The notes under the pieces: generated by a model | The model's database searches: none | Seen by the model: the letters and a program-made list of their open reading frames with translations, nothing else | Told to the model about the DNA's origin: nothing | Source: Mytilus californianus | Taxonomy: Eukaryota | DNA length: 64,000 bases | Assembly (NCBI RefSeq): GCF_021869535.1 | Contig: NW_026262582.1 | Span: forward strand, 33,542,001 to 33,606,000 | Direction of reading: 5' to 3' | Position numbers and translations under genes: made by a program | Shown here: piece by piece, positions 53,046 through 64,000 of the stretch | How the letters are laid out: each line of letters starts with the position of its first letter | Position numbering within the stretch: the stretch's first letter is position 1

Positions 53046-53428
53046 CTAAAAAAAGTTAAAACTTAATACTAAATAACGGGCTTGATGCATGTTGATATCA
53101 CATTTTAAAAGTTGTTTTTATCTGTTTAAACAGTAAACTTTATTTTGTATAGTTGGCTTATTGTCGTTCCTATAATTATAATTTCTTGAATTTACGAATA
53201 CAAGCATGATCGTCAAGAAATGATAGAAACAACAATCTGATTTCGCTAGTGCAAGATTTGAAAATTAAATCATACAGTTTTGTTAATTTACTCCACGTTA
53301 GCTGAAACTACATCTGTAGCATGTGGAGAGAAAGTAATCTCCAAAATATTGTATGTTAATGCAATCGGCGTGAAATCGAATGGTTTACAACAGATAACCA
53401 CTTCAGTGCACTTATGTTGATGATATAT

Positions 53429-53556
53429 ACAATATTCGTACAGTATAGGCTAATATATAATTTTTTTGACGAGCTTTAGAAACAGAGAGAACTTTCCTCC
53501 TAGATCATAGCGAGTACAAATACATTTTATACTTTCCTACACTGTACGAATATTGT
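53429..53556. mobile_element. Tiny MITE-like element, 21-bp inverted repeats
   Basis: acaatattcgtacagtatagg (53429-53449) versus cctacactgtacgaatattgt (53536-53556): 20/21 match. Confidence 0.55.
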
Positions 53557-53589
53557 TTTCATCCTGCAATCAACATTGAGCTTAAACGT

Positions 53590-54972
53590 ATAAAAAGTAT
53601 AATAACAAAAATACCGAACTCCGAGGAAAATTCAAAACGGAAAGTCCCTTAGCAAATGACAAAATCAAAAGCTCAAACACATCAAACGAATGGATAACAA
53701 CTGTCAAATTTCTGACTTGGTACCGGCATTTTCTTATGTAGAAAATGGTGGATTAAACCTGGTTTTATAGCTAGCTAAACCTCTTACTTGTATGACAGTC
53801 GCATAAAATTCCATTATATTTGACAACGATGTGTGAACAAAACAAACAGATATAATAGGTAACAATTTCAAAAATAGGGGTACAGCAGTCAACATTGTGT
53901 TATAATCTTAATCACTATAAAAACAAACAAATATGTCAACAAAGAAAAACAAAAGTGCATATAGACAAAGCACAATAGCAAAAACGAAAGACAAGAATAC
54001 CGAGCCACGTCCAATCGATATTTCCTAAAATAGACTAAACAGTAAAAGTAATAATTTACAAAGACAAATAAAAGAATACTATAGCACATTATTAAGATGA
54101 TAAACAACGTCAGTACGTAGAGTCTATACTTCAAGACCATCGTGTATTATTTGTGAAGTTGATACGGAATATTCATCAACAAGGTCTTGGTATCTTCCGA
54201 TGAACTTTTTTAGAGAAAGGATGAGACATTCTTTGACATACCCCTGGTTCATCAACTTTTTGCTCAGACACTGGTGACGTTTTACAAAGTTTGAGTAGCA
54301 GCTACAAGCTCTTGAATACCAAGTGAGTTGGGAAATTTATATCCCATATAAAGTTTGTATATTGCTACTAAGGTGGGAGAAATTGATAATTGCAAAATTA
54401 AAATCGTCTCGTTTGTCATAGATTCTGGTACTGAGATGACCGCTTATGTCAAATTCGAGGTATAAGTCTAACAAGCATTTCTGTGAGTATTGCATGGCAA
54501 TACATAGTCCCCTATCGGTTAAAAATTCATTGTATTGGAACAAAATTCTAACTTGATCTATAACTTGTCATGGTGTAAACTATATAACAAATATCAAGTC
54601 AATATCTTCAAGCATGACGAAGAAAAGTGTAGAAACTGATTATTTAAGTGAATTTTCCAAGGACCATAACTCTGCACAAAATCGTCAGACCGGAACAAAA
54701 TTCAAACTTGAACTGTAACTTGTCCTAATAAAACTATATACCAATTATCAAATTAATATCCTCAAGAATGACAAAAAAATGCGGATAACTGATTATTTAA
54801 GTAAATTGTTTAAGTCAACGGACTATAACTCTGCAAAAAATCATCAGACCAGAACAAAATTCGAACTTGATCTGTAACTTGTCATGATAAAACAATGTAC
54901 CAACTATCAAATCAATATCTTCAATCATGAAGAAAAAAAATGTGGACAACTGATTTGCTGGACTAACGGATG

Positions 54973-55012
<40 letters not shown>

Positions 55013-55215
55013 TACGGACGGAGTGCAAACCTAAAGTCCCCTTCGACTTCGTCGGTAGGGGACTAAAAATGAGGCAGAGGTAGCCGTGCCTGTTGTTTCT
55101 TTAATTTCTAGTTTTGGAGGTTATATTAATGGAACCCAATCAGAAAAGTTTGGATTGTTAATGGAAAGAACATCATCAATATATCTGAATGTGAAATAAA
55201 ATGATCTAGCTTCTT
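53590..55215 (-). mobile_element. 5'-truncated Penelope-like element (same family as 21250-22156), split by a HINE at 54470-55064
   Basis: Minus strand reads EARSFYFTFRYIDDVLSINNPNFSDWVPLI*PPKLEIKETTGTATSASF, then the insertion, then LDLYLEFDISGHLSTRIYDKRDDFNFAIINF. The 3' UTR runs to 53590. Confidence 0.85.
54470..55064 (+). mobile_element. Complete HINE/pearl-like element
   Basis: 5' aacaag plus hairpin gtattgc-atg-gcaatac plus subterminal agtcccct. About 157-bp cores at 54542/54697/54856, (GACA)n at about 54972-55012, and 3' hairpin agtcccct..aggggact. Inserted in an A-run (TT target). Confidence 0.9.
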
Positions 55216-56316
55216 TGATAAAATGCAGTTGTATTCAATCCAAATCGTTAAACTTGTTTTGGAATGAAATCGACATGACTTATATGTAAACGTGGACCGC
55301 ATTGAGAACCCCAATTTCAAATGTGATTTAAACAGTAATTTCAATATAACTGTTCGCCTGCAAGAAAAGCAGGATACCAAGAGACTATAATATGAGTTTA
55401 TCGCTTTGTGTTATCTGTACACCTTTATTTGTATATTGGAAAGGTCGATTGCAAGATAAGATTGCGTCGCTTCTTCGGTCGTTCTGTATGTACTACAGAC
55501 GTGTTATTATGTAGCCTGGCACTTGCAATCAGATGATCAGATGAGATCTTCACTCGTTAAATTCGTTGTTTATTTAAACACGGAACATAAATACTTATTA
55601 CAATTTATGAAATTCAATACAACTTATAGGTAGAAAATATACAATCGGTTTTTATTTTTCATTTTTATTCTTTTTGGTTTTTTTTTTTGCCTTCGGTAAA
55701 ATAGATTTTCAAACTTTTCTGATTGCTTTCATTAAGCTTTAGAGGTCCTTTAGATTCTCACTGAATATGCTGTTGTATGAATATTTAAACTTATTATCAT
55801 AATGATTTGATTATATTATGTTAGCTTGCAGTTAATAACATACCATTACCATATGTATGTACTGTAGCAATCTCAAAATTCAATAATGCAAACATGGAGA
55901 AGAAGCAAAAATTAAATGCAGGAAGTAGAATGACGTCCATGTTGCACAATACCTATTAAAATATAGATACAGTGATACATTGTTTGTTTAAATGCATGTA
56001 CAGACATAGTTTAAGATATCAAATGGTATATATATATATATTTTTCTCTAATTCTTCGACAATTTATCCCTTTCTGCACCCATTGTATAAAAAAAATTTA
56101 ATCAACGTGTGGTTCGTTTGATATAAGTTCTTCATTGGTTGAAATCCGATTATGACGTCGAATTTACTTGCTTTCCTCTGAATTTCCTATTGTGACGGCA
56201 TGAAAAAAGGCGACCATGCCTGATGACGTCACATAGAAAGAACACATGTTTTTACAGATCATTCGAAAAGACGGAATAACTTTGCCTGCATATTGTTTGA
56301 AAATCATTAGAGAAAC

Positions 56317-56477
56317 AGATTCCACCACCAAATCTCGTGTAATACGATATTTATCCACTCTCGACAGTTAAATTCTAAATATTTAAAACGCCCGGCGAGC
56401 CTCGCGTTTTAAATTTGAAAATTTAACTGTCTCGAGTGGATAAATATCGTATCACACTCGATGCAGTGGTAGAATCT
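56317..56477. repeat. Long imperfect hairpin (about 75-bp arms) in a probable non-autonomous element at about 56075-56482
   Basis: agattccaccac..tacgatatttatccactc..gacagttaaatt..tttaaaacgc / gcgttttaaa..aatttaactgtc..gagtggataaatatcgta..gtggtagaatct. Confidence 0.85.
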
Positions 56478-58531
56478 ATATATATCATATCATGAAGTAT
56501 CGTTATCACACGTTATTTTTATATTTTTTTAATTCAGTCAAGGTAACCACTGAAGTCATAGAATAGGTAAGTATCCCCGTAATATTGTTGTAATTAACAA
56601 TGACGACCTTAGATTGAGATCGCTCCTAGTTTTGTTTAAAAAGGTTCTTGTTATTCTTGCTTTGGTTTTTTTTTAAGTACAATCTATGGTGCACGGGATG
56701 TAACTTTTGATATCCATTTAATATTTAAAGCATACGTTTCATTAGAAAAAGAAACTGTCCCACGGACACGCACGAAGGAAAAATTTTGGAAAAATCTATG
56801 TTTTTGCAACATTTTCACTGACTATTTAAGCTATGTTTCAGCAAGTCCCCGTGGATGTACAGAATTGAAGATTTGAAGATGTTTCTTGTAAATGCATGCT
56901 AACTTACTCTAAACACTAATTACACCTTTGCAACTTACACGTTTCATTGGGAAGTTTTCACTATATAAGGGCTGTAGTCTTATATCAATGAATTTTGGAA
57001 TGTCTTTTCAAGAGGACCAAGACAAAAGCAATGTCACTAGTGGAGCAAGCAGGAACTGCTTGCCCTCGTCATTTAGTGGGGTTCGTGTTGCTCACTTTTT
57101 CTTTTGTTGTGAAGGCTTGTGTGTACTTTGAAGACTTTGTCTTTTCGACCTAAGTTTTCATTTTTGGCCATTGTTTTATCTGTTTTATTCGACGTTTGGT
57201 TTTTATTGCGCTAACACTTGTAAACGAATGTTGATCTGAATCGCTCATTTTGACCTGAGTAGATCTTAAAAGACAGAACAATGTATTATTATGATCATTT
57301 CAGTCTCTTGCGTACTGTTCAGACAATTCGCTTACAGTCGATTTAGATCCATTCAGTCTATGTGTAGACTTTTCAATAGTTGTTATTTACCTGGTTCTCT
57401 TGGTATACTATCTCTATTTTTGAAATTCAATCATAGATAGTGTCAATCCGATAGGACTTCAAAGGCTCAAAAAGATATGATCTATCTGATTTCCATTTCG
57501 ATCAAATAGTCAGACGACTCCAAGTAGTACATGTTTTGAGTTATTGTCTTTAAATGACAATTTTTACCAGTTTTACCGTTTTTGTCTGTTATCTACAAAA
57601 AACAGAAAGTGTAAATGTGCAACGTTGATCAGCATCTACTAGGCAAGAAGTCTAAAAATAGTATTTGACTCCTCATATGTCTTCAAAAGCCTTTTATTAA
57701 GGACCTCCTCAAACTGCGCAGATGCTGCAAAACAATTGAAAACATTAATAGCTAGACAGAAACTGTATCAGCAAAACATAATCTATAAATAAACCAATGA
57801 ATACATGTATGACTGAGACCAGGAATTTACAATTTTTAGTGTTTTGTACAACAAGGAACAAAATTATAAACTTAACATAAAAACAAATCTATAAAAATGC
57901 CAATATTGTTGAAACCCTGCATTCACTTTTTATCAATTTCAGTATTTCTGCAATTACCTTAAACACTATAGAAAGATAGAACTGTAAACATCGAAAATGA
58001 TCAGAGATAAAGGATCAACCAATCTGATAGTATCAAAAAAACTAACCTATGCCCCCTTGTAGAAGCTACTATCCAAGTATTAAAGAATTTGTTGACTATT
58101 TTTTTTGAGTTTTAGTTTTTAACCTGAAAACTTGAATACTAATAGATAAACGGAAACTATCTGTTTACTGTTTATATACATCATATTAAATAGTTGACCA
58201 ATTAAAGCGGTTTACTTTAAAAAAAAAATTATTGCTAGACAAAATCTTTATTCAATATAAATTATCTAGGCTGGGTATATAAACAAGTCACATGACCAAA
58301 ATCTGTGCATTGGCCATTTGTTGATGTTATTGCCTTTAACTTATCCTTTTTATTCATTGTATTGCATATATTGTTTCAGAGATCGGAACATGTAAACTAC
58401 TATAAGCTAATATAAAAAAACCTTGACATGAATGATCCTTATGATGTGTGGATTTTAAATCTAAATTTATATTATTCCATCTAGAAACTAATTTGGGAGG
58501 AATTGTGTACAATAGCTCTTTAATCAAGGTC

Positions 58532-59400
58532 AACAAGAGGCTCACATGAGCATGTATCGCTCACCTGGTCCAGAAAAAATATACAATGCAACAACAGTTT
58601 GTGTGTTGAATGTATCAAAGCCTTTTATTGGTGATATTTTTGCCAAGAGCCCATTTCTGTATATCTTTTTTACGTTTTACAGATTATAAACAGAAATTTA
58701 AGTTTCTGAAAAAAATACAAAATTTACCAAAAACTCATTGTCCATGCTAGGACAATAACTCCTTTAAAGGGGTCAGTCAGTTGAATATTTCCTACATGTT
58801 GGCTGATGTGTATCTAATTGTATGCTGATAAAAAAAAATTAATAATGCAAAAAAGCAATTGTAAAAAACCCAGGTCAAAATCATCGTGTAAGGGTACAAA
58901 TCCTATAAGTAATCAATTGAATTCCTTTTGGTCGTGTTGACTTATTCATACATCTTATTGTGCTGATCATTATTGCTATTTGAAGATTCTATTTTTCTGC
59001 TGCAGTTTCCCAAAATTAATGGGGAAAACTAATTATTTAAGGTGTAAGTTATTATATAATAACTCCAATAAGAAATGCATTTACGATTTCGGCTATGTTG
59101 ACTGATTTGTAGATCATTTTTTAGCTTAACATGTTTGCTATATGTATTTCCTGTCTATTTACATGATCTATCATAAATTTTCGAAAACATGCACAAAGGG
59201 GTAAAAATTGTCTTTCAAGGGCAACTACTCTGTAAGAGGTCAGTTGACTATTTCAACAATGTTGACTGATTTGTTGATCTGATGTTGTTGATAAATTTTA
59301 CTCTTTGAATATTCTCTATCTGTTATAGTTTTGGCAAAAATGGATCAAAATCTGTAGCTATTTCAGTGTTGAAAATTTTGCTATTGAGTTTCTCTCTATT
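58532..59400 (+). mobile_element. Degenerate HINE-like element (5' part)
   Basis: Start aacaagaggctcacatgagcatgtatcgctcacc, related to the 34434 terminus. Decayed 'gcaataactc'-type cores follow. No 3' hairpin was recognised. Confidence 0.5.
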
Positions 59401-59859
59401 CAGTATCATGGTATCATGAAGAATTAATTTCATTTAAAAGAGAGGCGAAAGATGAATAAGAGACCATCAAACTTATTATTAAGTCGAAAATAAACTGACA
59501 ACGCCATGGCATAAAAGAAAAAGACAAACAACAGTAGGGACAGTTGACTCATGGAATCGAAATTCGTGAAGAGATTACGCTCTTTAGTGGATCATGGCTA
59601 TTGATTCTAGTTTAAAGTCTTTATGTTCAATGAATCAAACTGTCTAAAATGACAAATTCTTTAAGTTAACATATACAATCTATAAAATGTAAATAGTACA
59701 ATTCAAACAACTACTCAAAATCAACCTCATCAACATGTCAACATCACCCAAATTATTTTGTTTATGTTCAACGGCCAATTCATTATACTTCAAGAGTACC
59801 AAATCAGTAAACGGATCAGTCCATTATGTATAGATTACCACAAACTCGTCTTCCCGTCA

Positions 59860-60185
59860 AGTTCCTAATGTCGTAACTACAATCCCGTCCCCTTTTCCCG
59901 AATGTAACCTCCCGAATTAGACTTATTGCCCGGTTTGTACTAACTTGAGCAACACGACGGGTGCTATATAAAGAGCAGGATCTTCTTACGCTTCTGGAGC
60001 ACCTGAGATCACTCCCAGTTTAAGGTGGAGTTCGTGTTGCTCAGTCTTTAGTTTTCTATGTTGTGTTTGTGTACTATTATTTGTCTGTTGGTTTTTATAT
60101 TTTCTTTTTTAGCCATGGCGCTGGCAGTTTATTTTCGACTTATGAGTTTTAATGTCCCTTTTGGTATCTTTTGCCTCTTTTTGAA
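59860..60185 (+). repeat. Dispersed repeat matching the 3' end at 10690-10985; other copies at about 1645-1720, 7045-7135(-), 23870-24100(-), 36560-36745(-), 57030-57200, 59445-59525(-)
   Basis: Shared gagcaggatct..gcacctgagatc..gttcgtgttgctcagt.tttagttttctatgttgtg..tagccatggcg..gtccctttggtatc. Confidence 0.8.
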
Positions 60186-60224
60186 GAAGGATAACTCTAA
60201 CGCATAGTATACACATTTTCATTG

Positions 60225-60392
60225 CAAGCGCTTCGGTGGTCTCGTGCTAGCGAGCTAACCACGTGGTTTCGATTACTGACCTCGTAGAAACTTCTCCGCT
60301 ATCCACGCAAGGTGCCATGTGTAACTGCTGGCGTTACCTTTTCATAATGTGGCGTTAAACATAGAACAATCAATCAATTAATTAATCAATCA
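60225..60392 (+). mobile_element. Short tRNA-derived SINE remnant
   Basis: A-box-like ggtggtctcgtg, B-box-like gtttcgatt, 3' tggcgttaaaca and an (AATC)n tail. Confidence 0.5.
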
Positions 60393-63279
60393 TTGTTAAA
60401 AAGTGCAAAATCTTGACTGATTGCTTTTACTAAGATTTCAAAACCGTGTAGTTTTTAAGTTAAGTTTAGTTAAAAAAATGGGGTTATCAAAAAAATATGA
60501 AATTGTAAGTTCACCAGTATGAATCTTAGGGACTTGGATTTTAGATATAATTTTGTTTAAATGTTGTAATTTAATGTGTTTTTCGTTTTCACTGTCTAGT
60601 AGTATTTAAATTAATAACCTTGGTTTCAAGAGGTGTATGTTTACTAGCAATGTGCAGTATACTATCGAAAACCGTGTACTGAAAAAAAAAAATATTTCTC
60701 AGTAAACGACATCTGGAGAAACCAAAAAAAAGTGCAAGAAATAAATTTGGCAGAAGAAAAAAGTACTGATAATCAGAAGGCAATAGGGTTTCCACTAAAA
60801 ATATGTGGCTAACCATGTCCCTGTGGTATGAGTATCGAATATGCCCCGAAACCATGTCAGTTTTTAACAATATTATATGATATATATAAATCAAAATTTG
60901 TCATTGTTAATATTTAGAATAAGTGTGAATACTCATTGAAATAAGACACTCGCTTTTACATACAAACTTAACGAAGCAGAGAAAGATTTGATATATTTAT
61001 ATATAAATTATATTCAGATAATTATAATGATATTAGATATTAGATTTTGAAGCGTTGAGAGGTGAACATAATATGATGCGCTCTGAATACTTTTCAGTCG
61101 ATTTATTAAAAAGCAAGACATCTTTTAATGTATTCACATTTGATAACATATCATGAATTTTAAAATGATTATTTCTGTGTAGTATTTGTTTTTAGAATCT
61201 GTGCATATCACATACCATTGGTTCCTTTTAACGCAACACTGCAAATGTTCTGTTTACTAGAATATAAAAAAAAAGATTATATAAAAAGAACTGTTGAAAT
61301 TGATTGTTACTTGCTTTACGTCCAGTTGCAAATATTTCATGCATGTTCAGGACGGGAACAAATTAACAATAACTACATTATGAAAGATCTGGGGAGTTTG
61401 ACAATGCACTCCCAACAGTAAGGTACATCCCGAAACATTTGGGAAACTCAGTCGATTTCGAATTATTATATTAACATCGAAACAATGCCCTGTACCAGCT
61501 AACTGTCTATGCACTCTCTGGTGTCTGTCGGGTCGCATTCAGGAAAACGTTGGCGCTGAAGTGACATATTTGGTCGTTGTGTTTCTGCAAATATAATTAA
61601 AATATCGATCTATCGTGCAATTCTTGCGTCGTATAACGAATCAGAGATCTATGACTATACAAAAATTAGATTTTTTTTTTCATGCGAAACCTACAAATTC
61701 GATAAGAATCAGATTGAAAGCGGACTAATCGGAACGCTCCATGAATAATATCTGATCGATTAAATAAATGTTTTTACAAATTTCCAGCAGCGAATCACAG
61801 AATCTTGATTAAGCTTAGGTCACACACTCTCGATTTTACTGCCGTCCTTGACAGGACCATTCCCGATTAATAAAACTTGTCAAAAGTCTGATAAAAGTCC
61901 TGTAAATCTTGGCTGGACATTCAAACTAATTAAAATTTGTAAAAACATTTGAGGAATCACGACAACAATCATATATTGTTCAAGAAGCGTCCTAATTCAG
62001 CCGGTTCGCAACCGAATTTGTTACGATTATCCCGTTCCTAATCCGATTTTCATCTATTTTGAATCTTCCGCATGGTACAAAACGACCGAATCTGTCCCGA
62101 CAGCGTCCCGATTTTTCCGAGTGTGATCCGACAGAGATCAAACAGTGACCAGATAGTGAACCAACGCTGACGGAGGACATCCGTTTAGAAAACTGTGGCC
62201 ATATTCGGGATGAGCAAGTACTGCCGGACCACAATCCTATCACAGTCGTATTGTGATCTGTAATTGTCGGGAGTCTGACGTGGGTATCATTGCCGAAATT
62301 CGTATAAATAACGAAAATATTCCTGAACGGTTTCGGCAAGATCTAAGGGAATCTGGACTCAATAGGCAAAACTCAGCAGGAACAAAGTTCTCAAAATCAT
62401 GTACGTTCCAGAGGACAACGTCATGAATACACATCAACGAGTTGTGATTTTAATCCGATATATCAGAATATGTCACAAAATAGTTAATGTAATCCGACTA
62501 GACAACATCTGCGAGTTTCCCCGATTGTTACGGGACGCACCTAACTGTCGGGGATGCTTGTCCGACCTCTCTGGACAATTCCCGATCTGTAGGTATCTGT
62601 TAAGATATGTATCATACCGATTTCCAGGCCTTTGACTCCCTTCTCTAGAAAAAAATGTGAAATCCGATATAGCAAATTTCAAAATTCGTTATAACGTCGA
62701 AAATAAACTTCCATTACGGGCATATGTTTATATACTATCTAACTAGTTTTAGAATACGAAATACATTTATAAGACCTTGAAGTTTTTCAATAAGGATGTA
62801 CATGTACGTCTGTAATCGGAAAAGTTATTGCAATTAAATGATGAAAAAGGTCAAAATATCCTTCTTCCTTCTTCCTTCTTCGTCATACGTTTATATGGGT
62901 AATCTATGCCAATACCGTACCTCATTTTGATAAATTGTCAAAATATCATCGTATTTTTATGATTAAAATGTGATGTAATATTGAAACTATATCTCTATCG
63001 TTTATTTTTATGTCAGTAAGGTGTCGGCAGATTGCGGCTAAACTTTTCTTTTTCACAGAAGTTATGCCTCTTGGTAAAAGAATTTATGTGGAAAATAATA
63101 TTGATCTACATTTTTTGGTGGAATAATTATGATAAATCTTTTTTTTATTTGAGTTATTGACCTTTGGTCGATGATCAATTATAAGGGAAATGCTGCGCTT
63201 TTGACTACTACACTATTTACAATGATATATCAATACAACAGGTAGCTGCTTTGAAAGTGTAAGCATATATCCTATAGAT

Positions 63280-63700
63280 ATAGGAAGATGTGGTATGAGT
63301 GCCAATGAGACAACTCTCCATCCAAGTTACAATTTATAAAAGTAAACCGTTATAGGTCAAGGTACGGCCTTCAACACGGAGCATTGGCTCACACCGAACA
63401 GCAAGCTATAAAGGGCTCCAAAAAATTACTAGTGTAAAACCATTCAAACGGAAAAACCAACGGTCTAATCTATATAAAAACGAGAAACGAGAAACACGTA
63501 TGAACTACATAAACAGACGACAACTACTGTAATCAGATTCCTGACTTAGGACAGGTGCAAACATTTGCAGCGGGATTAAACGTTTTAATGGTACCAAACC
63601 TTCTCCCTTTTCTGAAACAATAGTATAACATCACAACATAGAAAAACACACTATGAAATATCAATTGGAAGGCTTAACTCAATCAAAAAACGTAAATTCA
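63280..63700 (-). repeat. Dispersed repeat related to the 3' ends at 14775/19947; further pieces at about 1890-2020 and 16025-16100(-)
   Basis: gaagatgtggtatgagtgccaatgagacaactctcca..gtacggccttcaaca..cctgactt.ggacagg. Confidence 0.75.
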
Positions 63701-64000
63701 CACACAATGAACGAATAAATTTGACCTGTGACACCTGAATGCAAATACACTGTTAATAAAAAATAACAAGGGATAAATAATTAAAGTCAAAAGTAAATAA
63801 ACAGGTTTAAACAAAGTTAGAGTATGTTATCACTGTAAAATTTCAAACAATTTATAGAAAATCATCACTTTTGAAGAAACCTGCGTCATAGTATACACAG
63901 GTAAATGAAAATAATGTTGTTGTTATGTATACTTCTTCTTCTGTGTGTATAAAATCTTCCGTTTAGGAATACCAAGAAATTTCTTTAATATCAATAAAAC

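Noticed and set aside
57958-57991. Signal-peptide exon candidate (MFTVLSFYSV, AAG|gtaatt)
   Set aside because: There is an in-frame TAA before the donor and it is too short. The true first exon was not identified and may lie outside the window.
60225-60300. tRNA gene
   Set aside because: It has A/B-box-like words but no cloverleaf, and continues into a SINE tail.

Overview
AT-rich (about 68-70% AT by eye), intron- and repeat-rich eukaryotic DNA. The repeat families look like those of mytilid bivalves (Mytilus-like); this is recognised from memory and not confirmed by a search. There is no CRISPR array, rRNA or intact tRNA gene. The only convincing host coding sequence is six minus-strand exons with GT/AG boundaries and matching phases: 53045-52740, 51775-51657, 49128-48951, 39818-39699, 39139-38975 and 6387-5903. 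Joined, they give one open frame of about 457 aa (the 5'/signal exon was not found): Ig-like domain, second Ig-like/beta-sandwich domain, transmembrane helix, Ser-rich linker, then an LRAT/HRASLS (PLAAT, H-box/NC-box) domain with an intact His-His-Cys triad. The first five exons are well supported. The last join crosses a 32.6-kb intron and is an inference. If it is real, this is a single-pass Ig receptor carrying a cytoplasmic phospholipase/acyltransferase-type module. The rest of the window is mobile DNA and duplications. It includes an RT-deleted DIRS1-type retrotransposon with intact ITR/ICR termini, nested in a Penelope-like relic; several decayed Penelope-like RT copies and their 3' ends; Helentron-type non-autonomous elements (HINE-like) with satellite-like cores; SINE remnants; long hairpins; and a 2.4-kb tandem duplication.
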